Assembly (NCBI GenBank): GCA_964016885.1
Contig: OZ024740.1
Span: 357,678,001-357,742,000, forward strand
Direction: 5' to 3'
Length of the DNA stretch: 64,000 bases
Source of the DNA: Eledone cirrhosa
Taxonomy: Eukaryota
Shown: positions 11,415 through 24,396 of the stretch, piece after piece
How the letters are laid out: every line of letters starts with the position of its first letter
Numbering within the stretch: position 1 is the stretch's first letter
The notes under the pieces: model-generated
Told to the model about the DNA's origin: nothing
The model's input: only the letters and a program-made list of their open reading frames with translations
The model's database searches: none
Translations under genes and position numbers: made by a program

Positions 11415-11441
11415 CTAATCGAAGCCTGCATGATTTACTAA
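11415..11441 (+). CDS. Calpain last coding exon (LIEACMIY*)
   Basis: Pyrimidine tract + acAG acceptor; short terminal peptide comparable to the WLxxxMY end of classical calpains; TAA at 11439-11441. Confidence 0.78.
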   Translation, partial: LIEACMIY

Positions 11442-11680
11442 AGAATTATGTGAAGAAATTCAAGAGAAAAGATGAAACAAAAAAGAAAACAAATAATATT
11501 TTGCATGAATTCTATCCTGAAGTCCAGCTATTAATCAATAAGAGTGAAATTTTTGCTATAACTATTTTTTTCATACATACATATAAAAACATGCACGCAG
11601 ATGCATATAAAGTACAATAGACCAATAAGCAGATTAGATAAGACCATGGTTCAAATATGTAATACTGTTTCTTACATATG

Positions 11681-11686
11681 AATAAA
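11681..11686 (+). promoter_or_regulatory. Candidate polyadenylation signal of the calpain gene
   Basis: AATAAA ~240 nt after the stop; weak evidence in AT-rich DNA. Confidence 0.3.
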
Positions 11687-12196
11687 CATATATCAGATTT
11701 TACACACTTTTAAAACAAGATTATATTGAGCAATTTGAGCAATTTTATATCTTTATACTACATGATAAACAAAAACTTTAGTACATATGAATAATTATAT
11801 ACAAATACACACACACAAACGTGTATATATATATGTGTATGTATATGTATATATGTGTGTGTGTGTCTCACATATTTAGTATTTTTCAAGTATTGTAAAT
11901 TCCACACACATTATATTAGAATTGCAATAACAAGAGAAAACCTACAAAAACTATATAACACGACCTATGGCTACTAAGATAGATGCAAAAAATTGCAGTT
12001 AAAATAACAATACAAGGAAAACTGATTATATTAGGTAAATTAAACAACCTTAAACTCACAAAAGCAAGGCAATGTTACAATTGACCTTTGCAATTTCCTT
12101 TATTACATATATATATATATATATATCTGTCTGTATGTGTATGCATATATACATAAATATATGTATGTGTATGTATATATGTGTGTGTGTGTGTAT

Positions 12197-12632
12197 AAAT
12201 AAAGGTAAAATCCCGAGTGTGATGGAAAGCGGTTTCAAGCCAAAAAGAGGTGCCATCGGTGTTAGGATTTTATCTATCTCTATACCCACTCTGCATCTCC
12301 CCCTGCATTGAGTACTCCCTTGATTAATGGTTTCCCTGGTTTTAGCACCACAGACTCTATATATATACACATATACTTACATATATACATACATATATCT
12401 ATATATTTACATATATATATGTATACGTATATATATATATATATGAAAAAATTCAGGACCCCGACAGCTGAACTCCAGCCATTTCAACAGCTAGATCCGA
12501 ATTTGGCTGTTGAAACGGCCAGAGCTCAGTCGTCGGGGTCCTGTTTTTTTCATATTACCCACTCTACTACCCCAAGTATTGAGTTCTCTGGTGAGTAATG
12601 GTCTAACTGGTTTTTACTGCCTCCATTCTGAT
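12197..12632. repeat. Two related hairpin-plus-tail modules separated by TA tracts
   Basis: Modules 12197-12358 and 12446-12632 share acccactct...attgagt.ctc...taatggt...ctggtttt; the second has a ~40-bp-arm hairpin (12453-12543). Confidence 0.6.
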
Positions 12633-13290
12633 ATATATATATTTATATATATGTACACATGTATGTTGTGGTATTTCGGGTGGATCATACTGCCAATCAA
12701 AAACACATGCAGTGGTTGTGTTTCCCTTCTATTTTATTAATCAATTAGATAATTAGTTCATCAATCAGTTGATTAAATGGTTCATTAAGGCTTTTTTTTT
12801 ATCACTGATGTGACCTTAATATTAACTATGTGCTCTCATGCACCTCCTCCTTATTTTCACTTATATCACGGTCTCTGTTCCCCTTTCATAACTTCATAAC
12901 AGAGTTCCTTTCACATGTTCTGCCATTTATATCTATGTTATAATGAAAGATCAGTTTATTGTTTATGATATGCATAGAACTTACTATCATGAGTCCAATA
13001 TCCTAACCACAAGGCACACGCCTGCACTATATATATATATATATATATATATGCATATGATAATTCCATTCCATGCCTCCCTCTGTAGTTTGATCTTGTG
13101 GTTTGATAAAACAGATTAATTTTGTTTCTCATAGTAGAATATGAGTATTGTATCCAGCATGTACGTTTACTAGGTAAGCTCTGTATCAAACATATACATA
13201 CATATATGTGTATATGTCTCTCTCTATATATAATGAGAACATAAAATCACATATATGTATTTATATGTATGTATACATATTTATATATGT

Positions 13291-13338
<48 letters not shown>

Positions 13339-13340
<2 letters not shown>

Positions 13341-13554
13341 GTGATGTGTTGGTGTAAATGGTAGCACAGTGGTCCAGATAACCAAAGATGTGGTTCGACT
13401 CCCATGTACGTCAATACTCATCTTTTTCCATTTCTCCGAGGGTTCTTAACCCCACTATCAGGCTAAATAATTTCTTTAATTTCTTTAGTCCAAATACGGC
13501 GATAGCTTACATTTCTAATAATTTCAAACCCACTTGCTGTTTCGAAAATATTCT

Positions 13555-13557
<3 letters not shown>
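13339..13557 (+). mobile_element. tRNA-derived element (pseudo-tRNA head 13342-13413 plus body) inserted in (TA)n
   Basis: Acceptor stem tgatgtg/tacgtca, D-arm, tggt-ccagata-acca arm and GTTCGACT T-loop, imperfect; bounded by (TA)n on both sides. Confidence 0.6.
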
Positions 13558-13597
<40 letters not shown>

Positions 13598-14639
13598 TAC
13601 ACTCATACATCTCCCACATGGTGTGTGAATGTATGTGTAGATAGATAGATATATATGCATACACTACTTTATATGTATATGCATGTAAAACTTTATAATA
13701 TAGGAATAGTGAAATATTTAATAATTGTATTGTTTATTAATATAACAATCAAGTTACAAATTAGATAAAATCCTTCGATCTTAAAAGGGCTAAAAATATA
13801 TATTTACCTGCTATCAAATTTTTATAATTCTCCATTTCAAAAATAATATATCTAAAAAATACAGTGCTTTTTTATATAAACTTAATCTCTTTTTTTTCTT
13901 TTCAATTTTTGGTGTGGTATTCTTATATTTTTACACAAATTCTTACCTATTGTTATAAATTTTTTTTTTTTTTGCTTTCATTTGCATTTCTTATACTTTT
14001 TCTTCTTCTTCATCTTCTCCATCTTCTTCATTTTCTTCTTTTGTTGCTGCCGCTATTACTACTATTAATATTTAGTTTCTGTCTATTTCTTTCTTTAAAT
14101 CTTTTAATATTTGTTTAAAAGACTTAACGAAATAAGAGGAAACAAAACTTTCTTTCATTACATAAATGTATATTTTAATACTTATATTTTAATAAATAAT
14201 TCATCAACATGCATTTGTATTGCTCTTTTTCTCTTTTATTTGTGTCAGTGGTAATGTTTGTAGGGAGATGGGGAAGCAGTGCCTTCAAGGGTTTTAGTCG
14301 ATTGTATTGGCCTTAGTATTTGTTTCTATTTGCTACGTATGCTATCGATTAAGTCACTTTTTCACTCAAAGGGAGGCAACTTGATGCACAATTTTACACC
14401 ATTATATACAGACATATGTGGGCGGTGGATTGGCAGTATCGGTAGAGAGTTGGACTCCATGCTTTCCAGCATAGTTACGTCCCTTTACGGTCTGAGTTCA
14501 AATCCCGTCGATTTGATAAAGAGTGATATTTGATAAAGATGCCACAATTACTGTCCTTAAAAGCATCAATGAGAACGACAGAGAAATAAGTGGAGAAAAG
14601 CGTAGGGGCAATGAGATTACCTTGCTTAACACCATTTTA

Positions 14640-15415
14640 AACTTTGATTAGCTCTGAAGTGATACCGCCAATATTTACCCAGGCCTCCATGTCATCATAA
14701 AAAGATTTGATTATTTCAACAAAGTACTCCGTGCACCCTAACCTGGCAGTTCTGTTCACCATATGTTAGTTTAGTCCACAAACTAACATACATACATTCT
14801 TTCCCCGAGACATTCTAAACACATGCCCATAGTATCAGAGCTGAGATCTCTCAATTCGGAAAAGTAGCGGCTCTACTTAGAGTGAATCTCTGATCTCTGA
14901 GCTACACACTCTCTCGAGTAACGTTTCTTCTAAGAACCTTTGGTGGAACCCCATTTCAGCTGCTTGTGTTTGCGATCATATTATTTCAGTCATTACCAAA
15001 TATTCGTGACCATAGGTAAATTTTAGCATGAATAACGAATTGAAGATAGTGAGTTTGGCTTTTACACCTACCTCCCTTCTTCTGATTACCGAATGCTGAA
15101 GCTGGTGCATTACTGCACCAGCTCCTGCAATTTTTGCACGTAATTCAGCCTCCTGCTATCCATCACTCACCAGCTTCAGTGAATCTCCATTCAAATGTAC
15201 AGTGCACTGTACAGGCTTCCTTGACAGAACGAGTGTCTCAATATTCGCAGCACTGATTTTCATTCCAGGCATGCAGTACTCGGCAACAAACCTGTCAAGT
15301 GCAAGTCGGAGATCATCTTCTGTCAAGTTAACACCATGACGTCTGCAAATTCCAGCCGACTGCTTTTACAGTTGCCAGTCATGATTCCTCTTCCAACCCA
15401 GCTGCGTATGTCAAT
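14640..15415 (-). pseudogene. Heavily decayed LINE (RTE-like) RT/C-terminal relic
   Basis: Higher GC, coding-like composition with FTYG/WFHQR-like remnants on the minus strand; no long ORF. Confidence 0.35.
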
Positions 15416-16151
15416 CCTGTTCATGAAAATAATTGTTTCTACTATTGGCACAAGGCCAGAAAATTACCCAGTACATTACTGGTACTTTATTTTATCGACC
15501 CCGTAAGGATGAAAGGCAAAGTTAACCTCGGCGGGATTTGAACTCAGAATGGCAAGGGCCGTAACTCTATGCGTCAAAGCATGGCGTCCGAACCTCTACC
15601 GATACTGCCAATCCATGAAAATAATGAAGAAATAAGTGATTGTTTATTTTAAAAGTTAGGTCATTGTTAGATTTATTTTTAGTAATTTATGACCACGTAT
15701 GTCATGTCGACACTTTCTGAAATTTTGTAACGACACGGATAATTTTTTTTCAATTTTGCAAATTAGAGTTATCTCCCTTAGATTATAGCGCTATACTTTC
15801 TTGTACCGGAATTTATTTATAAATAACTATTTCTACTTTTGGCACAAGGCCAGCAATTACTCAGTGCATTACTGATACTTTATTTCATCGACTCCGTAAG
15901 GATGAAAGGCAAAGTTAACCTCGGTGGATTTGAACTCAGAACAATCATCAAAACGTACAGGCAATATTATATTATGTAGTACGTCCCTTTACGATCTGAG
16001 TTCAAATCCCGCCGAGTTTGACTTTGCCTTTCATCCTTACGGGGTCGATAAAATAAAGTACCAGTAATGCACTGGATAATTGCTGGCCTTGTGGCTAAAG
16101 TAGAAACAATTATATTATGTAGTATTGTTGATATACATAACTCAGTTTTTC

Positions 16152-16211
<60 letters not shown>

Positions 16212-16213
<2 letters not shown>

Positions 16214-19210
16214 ATATGAATCAGCTGTCTCTGAGACAAATATAAAGAATGCAGTTTTGTCCTGCAGAAGAGCCATCAAAATGGGCACTTTGAATGTGAG
16301 GACTATTCGGACGCTGGAGAAGAGGGAGGAGTTGGGACATCTTTTCGAGGAGAGTGGTATACAGATACTTGCGATCCAGGAACATAGGATTCTACATGAT
16401 GAGCCCGTGAGGAGTGTGATGATCGGGAAGAAGAGCCAGCTCATCACTACATCGGCAGTGAAGAACACAACAAATGCTGCAGTAGGAGGAGTGGGTTTTG
16501 TGTTCAGTGCAAAAACCAATCTGTTGGTGAGGGAAATAATGCCTATCTCCCCGCGAGTGTTGAGGGTGACCTTCAATGGAAACCCAAGACTGACAGTCAT
16601 CTCAGCCTATAGTCCAACCGAGGGGGACAGTGATGTGACTGCAGAAGAGTTCCATGAGGAGGTGTGTAGAGCTGTCAACACCACTCAGGCACACAATATC
16701 CTGCTTGTTTTGGGGGACTTCAATGCACATCTGAGTAAGGAGGGCAGTGAAGATCCTTGCTGGTACTTCCATAACAACACCAACCGAAATGGAAGACTAC
16801 TGAGAGATACCCTGCTGAAGGCGAACTTGATGGCGACCAACCTAAGGTTTAGGAAGAATCTGGGGAAGATGTGGACCTACATCTCAGATATGCACCTGTC
16901 CAAGTCCCAGATTGATTTCATTCTGGTGAGGAAAAAGTGGCGGAATAGTGTTCTGAACATAGAACCATACAGCTATTTCAGTACACTGGGTAGTGACCAC
17001 CGGCTTGTTATGAGTGAGGTCCGCGTGAGCTTAAGAAAGAGCAAGGCTCAGCCCCGGAGAACAATCTATGACTGGGGAGCTTTCAAGGAAGATGATAAGC
17101 TACAGGAGAGGTTCACAGTGGAAGTGAGAAACAGGTTTAGTGCTCTGTGTGGAGAGTCAGAGGAGAGAGAGATTGGATAGACTGAGGAGAGTGTGACGAG
17201 GAGGTACGGGCACTTCACCAATGCAGTGGCGGAAGCAAGTGAAACCCTGGTGCCGAGGAAAAAGAACAAAGGGAAGCACGTCAGCTCTGCAAACCCAAAA
17301 GTGTGTGCAGCCAGAGAACACCTGAAAGCTGCCAGGGACCAATTCTATGCTGATCCTACGGAGGAGAGGATGGAGACTGTGGAGGTGATGAGGGAAGAGC
17401 TCTGAACCGCTTACACTGAGGTCAGAGAGGAGGCACTGATAGAGAAGATCAGAAGTGTGGAGAGAGCGGTTGACAGATCTGGATGTAAGGAGAGCTGGAT
17501 GATCATCAACGAGATCACAGGGAGGAAGAGAAGGTGTTCGAGTCAGATCCAGGGAACGGGGCCCGAGGATAGGAAGAGGAAATGGCTAGACCATTTTAGG
17601 ACCCTACTAGGAGAGCCACCCTCCACAGCCCAGAGCACTGGGGAGATCAGGCGGCTGTTTGAGGAACTGGATGTTGAGACAGAGCCCTTCACCAGAGAGG
17701 AGCTTCAGAGAACCAAGAAGAGGATCAAGGAGGGCAAGGCTCATGGAGAAGATGGAGTGGCATCAGAGGTGATGAAGAGGTGTGATTTTGATGATATCAT
17801 CCTGGGGTTCTGTAACGGGGCACTGGAGAAAGGAGTTGCCCCGAATCAGTGTAAGATCAGTAACATCGTCCCAGTGCCAAAGAAGGGAGATCTCTCTAAC
17901 ACCAACAACTACCGGGGGATCTCACTGACGTCACTTGTGGCAAAGACCCTCAACAGGATGATTCTTAACAGGATCCAGCCTGAGATGGAGAAGAAGCTCA
18001 GGGACAACCAGAACGGCTTCAGAGAGGGTAGATCAACCACCAGTCACATCCTGATGCTGAGGAGGATATTAGAGGGAGCTAGAGCAAAGTGCCTTCCTGC
18101 GGTCATGGTTTTCATTGACTTTAGGAAGGCCTTTGATTCTGTGGACCGTTACTGCCTGATGAAGATCTTACAGGCTTATGGACTCCCCAAGAAGATAGTG
18201 GACCTGATATCACTGCTCTACACCAACACCAAAGCCCAAGTCATTACACCTGATGGGATGACAGAGTTCTTTGAGATACTGGCTGGAGTGCTCCAGGGAG
18301 ATACATTGGCTCCCTACTTTTTTATCATCGTAGTGGACTATTGTATGCGCCTTGCACTGGAGAAACACCAGGACTCTGGCTTTACTGTAGCACCGGCTCA
18401 GAGCAGGAGAGTTAGGGCGAAAAAGGTATCGGATGCTGAATTTGCCAACGACATAGTTTTGGTGACAAATACAGTGAAGGAGGCAGAGGATTTGATGCGG
18501 GAGGTTGAGACTGTGTCGATGAGTGTGGGGCTGAGAATGAATGAGACTAAAACAAAATATCTGGTAGAGAATGTTGAGAAGCCAGAGGGGATCACTAATG
18601 TAGGCGGGAAGCCGCTGGAATTGGTTGAGGACTTCCTGTATTTCGGAGCAAAGATTGGGAATACGGAAGATGATGTGGTTGAGAGGAAGAGCAAGGCCTG
18701 GGCGGCATGCCACAACTTGAGATCGGTGTGGAAGTCGAACCTTCGTAGAGACCTGAAAATCCGCCTCTTCATTGCTGTAGTGGAGTCTGTGCTGCTGTAT
18801 GGGTCTGAGACTTGGACACTGACCAAGAAACTCACTCAGATGGTGGATGGGTGCTACACGAGAATGCTGAGGATGGCTCTGAACATTAATCAGTATACAC
18901 TGAGGATGAAAAACTCAGAGCTGTATGGGAGCATCCCAAAAGTCAGCTCAAAAGTGACACAGAGGAGACTGAGGTTGGCTGGACATGCTCACCGACATCC
19001 AGAGTTGACATTGCACTCAGTGCTCCTTTGGGAGCCCCTACATGGACACACTAGAAGAGGAAGACCAAGGTTAACGTATGTTGATGCCCTAAGGACAGAC
19101 ACTGGTCTGTTGGAGATGCAGGACATGGCAGCGATAATGAGGGACAGAGACCGCTGGAGAGAACTCGTCCATGGATCTCGGGAATTTTACCCACCTTAGA
19201 GATAGAGATA
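16212..19210 (+). mobile_element. Near full-length RTE/RTEX-group LINE (AP endonuclease + RT), inactivated
   Basis: ORFs 16257-17180, 17193-17405 and 17457-19199 share one frame, split by two stops. APE motifs GTLNVRT, IQEHR, GDFNAH, IDFIL, SDHRL; RT motifs NYRGISL, QNGFR, DFRKAFDSV, GVLQGDTLAP, catalytic FAND; (TA)n on both flanks. Confidence 0.93.
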
Positions 19211-20531
19211 TATATATATAACATGTATTTCTCTAGTGTTTCTGCTGATGTATTCTCTTCTCTCTTCTCAGTAATAATACCAGTATCGGTAGAGGGTCGG
19301 ACGCCATGCTTTGCAGCAAAGAGTTACAGCTCTTTATGGTCTGAGTTCAAATCCCGCCGAGGTTAACTTTGCCTTTTATCCTTACGGGGTCGATAAAATA
19401 AATTACCAGTAATACTCTGGTTTAATTGCTGGCCTTGTGCCAAAAGTAGAAACAATAAAAAGAAATTATTTCCCTCGGAACTCTCTCTTACATTTGTTTC
19501 TTTTTTGGTAATAGGAAAAAAATCCATCGTTTGAAATTAAATATGTAATAACAAGTTTCAAAAGCCCGTTGATCACGGACGCTATAATAATGTTATCTAC
19601 AGCGTTCTTGGATTGTGTATGGACGAATATGTGATTAAAAGCATTTCAGGTTTGACCAACCTGTTTTTTAAAACAGTGTATCAATGATTATCCAATATGT
19701 TTCTCTGTTTTTAGGGAGATATTGTGAGATTCAGCTTCAATTTCTAGTAGGCTAAGTGACTGTGTAGAAGATCGCTTTTTGTCTAGTTAGGACTTCGATT
19801 TATTAAAGTTGAAAACATTCTGCCAAAGGGTTGTGCTAATCTTGTCTCAATCAAAAGCACAAAGACATAATTACTTCCACATAACAAGAAAACATTATCA
19901 CACACCACCTACCATATAAACATGAACAGCAAGTAACTAGAACCCCGAAGGTCCCTACAAATACTATGCTTTACTATCACTGAGGATATTTCCTGGTAAA
20001 TGTACATCCCTCACTATCACACCATAGCTATTCTCACCATCACTACATCTCCCTTCAAAAATCTTGGTATACCTGACATGTGACTATCCACACATGCATA
20101 GCATCATTCTTCTCTCTCTCTTTCACCCCATCAGAGCAGAGTAGGCTCTTCAGTTGGGACAATAACCAACATTCTCTCTAGTGATGGGCCATGAAAATGC
20201 ACCCTGTACATATTGTAAGGTGGCTGGCAATGGGAAGGGCACATTGCTGTAGAAATCATGCCCAAGAGGGTCGAAAGAACTCTTCAGTAGTGTCAAAAAC
20301 ATGACAATCTCTAGTACTTGCTGGTGTTATGGTAAAATGCACTTGGTAGAGCAAGGGACCATATATAAGCAAAATGGAGTAGCCATGCTTGAATACTGAC
20401 CTGGTCTGTGAAAACCCATCCAATCTTTGTTAGTAGGGAAACTAGCAGTGATGTTAAATGGTTAAATGATGATATATACATATATTTACATATGCATATC
20501 CACTTTGCAGAAACACACACACAACACACAC

Positions 20532-21082
20532 ATATATATACATATATATATACAGCTGTATAAAAAATTGCAGGGCAATGAAAATTGACGGAAGCTGCGG
20601 AGTGGGTAGACCAAGAATAACCTGGGATGAGGTGATAAAAACTGACTTTGCCCACCTACACCTCTCTAAGACAATGACACTGGATTGAGACCTTTGGCGC
20701 CATGCAGTTATACAGAAGACCCGACTGTCATTGCATAGAAACCTACAGTCAGTAGGCACCTCTTAAACCCAATGTACACCCACTGCCACACCCTACCCCA
20801 CCACCCTCTCCCATTCCATCCACTGTGTCGATGACACAACAGTCCACACTGTAAGGTGGCCGTGTAGGAGACACGGTGAAAAGGGTCCCAGTCCACACTG
20901 TAAATGTGGTTGGTGTTATGAAGAGCATCCAGCTGTTAAAAAAAAATCTGCCAGTGACGCTTCCGTGCGAGCGAGACGTGGTCGAGCCGACCATTCCCGC
21001 ATCAAATGGAACAAAACTGTTTAACCCATGCTAGTGTGGAAGATGGACATTAAACAATGATGATGATGATGATGATGATGAT
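20532..21082 (+). mobile_element. 3' fragment of RTE family B
   Basis: SCIKNCRAMKIDGSCGVGRPRITWDE remnant, shared 3' UTR and (GAT)n tail. Confidence 0.85.
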
Positions 21083-21309
21083 CTGGGAAAAGCAAACAAG
21101 ATATGCTTTTATTAAGCTCTGAATGGGTTGATTTTTGTTAATTCTTTCATAGAGCAAAACTTAGCATCGGTTGGATCCATTTATATGTCTCTAAACTTGT
21201 GTAAAGCTATATATATCTCTTCATTTAATTTATATATATATATGTATATGCATATATATATATATATCATCATCATCATCATCATTATCAAGATCATCAC
21301 CATATACAT

Positions 21310-23600
21310 ATGCGAGAACACCCCCGACCGTCATCAAGCAATCGCACAAGAGGAAAAAGAACAAGAATATGAAGACGTCGCATCTCAGAGTTGCCACACT
21401 TAATGTTGGCACTCTAACAGGTAGATCTGGTGAGATAGTGGAGATGCTGGAGAGAAGGCATGTGGATATGTGCTGCATGCAAGAGGTGAGATGGAGAGGT
21501 GCCTCTGCAAGACTAATCACAGGCAAACATCTTACTTATAAGCTTTTCTGAGTGGGTAATGATGATGGGTTAGGTGGGGTAGGCATTTTACTGGCTGAGA
21601 GATGGATCGATAAGACAATAGAGGTAGTTAGAGTTAGTAATAGAATAATTAAGCTTAGAGTAGTTGCAGGCAAGAGACTACTGACAATCATTTCTGCCTA
21701 TGCTCCCCAGGCAGGCCTAGGTAAAGAAGAGAAAGACTGCTTTTATTAGCAACTTTTACAAACAGTCACAATGACAGAGGATGGAGACATCGATATGCTA
21801 GAAGGGAACTTCAATGGTCATGTTGGAAAGCTCCAGGATGGATACACTGAGTACATGGTGGGAATGGTAACAGCTCAAGAAATGAAGGAGTGAGGCTTCT
21901 TGAATTTTGTGATGCAAGTGCACTAACCATTTGCAACACTAACTTCCAGAAACCTGCCAACCACCTAATAACCTACAAATCAGGCGAGCACATAAGCCAC
22001 ATTGATTTCTTGCTAGTTAGGCAGCGAGACAGGCAGATGGTGTCAAATACTAAGGCATACCCGGGGGAAGAATGCACCCCACAGCATAGGTTAGTCGTTA
22101 GTGACATCTCAGTAAGTTAAAGACAGAATGAGACATAGAGGAAGGTGTGGAAAAGAAAGGTCTGGAAGCTAAAAGACCTTTCACTAAAATATAAATTTAG
22201 GAAAGCCCTTCAAGATGTGTATGACAAAAAAGAAGACGATTTATAGTTGTATGACATAGATGATAACTGGAATTTCTTATGTGACAACTTACTGCAGGCT
22301 ACTGAAGAAACTTGTGGCTGGAACAGAGCTCCAACCAGACAGAGAGTGACCTGGTGGTGGAACAGCACGGTAGATAGTGCCAATAGAGACAAAAGACTAA
22401 CATGGAACGCTTAGGAAAATGGTGGGAGTAGAGAAGGATACACAGCCACTAAGAGAGAAGCTAGACATCAGGTGTACTTAGCATGCAAGGAGGCTGAGAG
22501 TAGGAGGTTTGCTAATGTTCTTAGTGTCACGAATGATCAGAAAAAGGAGGCCTGGAAATGTCATAATGAGAAACTGATGAATGTGGAGAATGAAAGGGAG
22601 AGAGAGAAATTACCCCCAGTAGATCTGACAGAGGGACCAGCTATTGAGATTGACGAATATAGGGTCAAAGAGGCGATTAAGGAAATGAAAAATGGTAAGG
22701 CTGCTGGACTGTTGGGGATAGTTGCTGGGATGCTGAAGGCATCAGGAGACGTAGGCACTAAACTGGTTGCATGCATCATCAATCAGGCTATATATGGCGG
22801 TATCATACCCGAAGACTGGTGCAACAGTATTCTCATAAATTGCTACAAAGGTAAAGGGGATGCTCTGGAGAGGAGCAATTATAGGGGCATAAAACTGATG
22901 GATCAGGTTATGAAAGTGGCAAAAAGGATATTAGTGCAACTAATTAGAGAAAGGGTCAAACTAGATGAGATGCAGTTTGGTTTTGTGCCTGGGAAAAGTA
23001 CAACAGATGCCCTCTTCTTAGTGAGACAACTACAAGAGAGGTTCTTAGAGAAGAATAAGCCACTATACTTAACTTTTGTTGACCTAGAGAAGGCCTTTGA
23101 TAGGGTACCCCGATCTGTCATCTGGTGGTCCCTAAGGAAACTAGGTGTTGAGGAATGGCTTGTGAGGACAGTGCAAGCTTTGTACAGAGGTGCTGTCAGT
23201 AAAGTGAGGGTAGGAATGGAGTTTAGTGAGGAATTCCAGATACAAGTAGGGGTACATCAGGGTTTGGTCCTAAGCCTGCTCTTGTTCATTATAGTCCTCC
23301 AAGCCATAACAGAGGAGTTTAAGACTGGTTGCCCATGGGAACTTCTCCATGCTGACGATCTGGTTCTTATAGCAGAATCAGTAGAGGAGCTAGAGAATAA
23401 ATTCTGGCTATGGAAACAGCAGTTGTAATTAAGAGGACAAACTCTGTAGAAAAGAGGACAAACTCTGATTCCATCAGGGAAATGGCCATGTTCGATATGC
23501 AGAAAAAGAACTGGCATAAATTCTATAAAATGTACTCAATGCAGATCTTGGGTACACAAGAGATGTAGTGGGATAGCAAGCAAACTAACAGGTAGGGAGA
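21310..23600 (+). mobile_element. Decayed RTE LINE (APE + RT, related to family B), 3'-truncated
   Basis: ORF pieces with [46 protein letters not shown] and start of the WPCSIC zinc finger; many stops/frameshifts. Confidence 0.9.
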
Positions 23601-23718
23601 AATTTTTTTTTCTTAGAACACTCACAGAACCATAAGTATTACATGTGTAAAGTTTGAAAACAATCGGTTCTCGAGTTTTAGGGAGTCAGACAGAGAGACA
23701 GACAGACATTCTCTGTTT

Positions 23719-23775
<57 letters not shown>

Positions 23776-23778
23776 TCT

Positions 23779-24220
23779 TCATCATCATCACCGTTTTACG
23801 TCCATTCTTCCATGCTAGCATGGGTTAGACGGGTTGCCCTGTTGTGGGCATGTCTTGCTCATACAGAACTTATTTTGGCTTGATTTACACTGAGTACTGG
23901 GTGCTTTTTACTGTGTCACCTACACAACCACTTTACAGTGGGAGCGGGGTGGGGCATACTGTCTATATGCTTCAGCTTGTACCCATGGAAAGTCAGGTCT
24001 TCTGTATTACTGCATAAAGCTAGAGGTCTTGGTCCTTTGTCATCCCCTTTGAGAGGTGCAATTGGGCAAGATCAGCTTTTATCACCTCATCACAGGTCTT
24101 CTTGGGTTTCCCCACTCCAAGGTTCCCATCGACTTTTAGTGCTCTGCACCTTTTTATACAGCTGTCGTCCTTCATATGCATCACATGTTCGCACCAACAT
24201 AATCTCCTCTCCTGCACACA
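23779..24220 (-). mobile_element. 3' fragment of RTE LINE
   Basis: ERRLCWCEHVMHM...GKPKKTCDE and (GAT)n tail on minus strand. Confidence 0.85.
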
Positions 24221-24352
24221 ATATATATATATATATTATTGACCTCAAAAGGATGAAAGACAAAGTTGAGATTGGCGGGATTTGTACTTAGAGAGCAGAG
24301 AGCTGGAATGAATACCATAAAGCATTCTATTTGATGTTCTACGACTCTGCTG

Positions 24353-24394
<42 letters not shown>

Positions 24395-24396
<2 letters not shown>

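Noticed and set aside
13342-13413. Functional tRNA gene
   Set aside because: Imperfect arms, non-canonical anticodon loop, no nearby terminator directly after the stem, embedded in a longer TA-flanked element.
17178-17405. Programmed readthrough or selenocysteine at the in-frame stops of the RTE LINE
   Set aside because: One stop is TAG, the TGA fits simple CGA decay, and the RT active site is also mutated.
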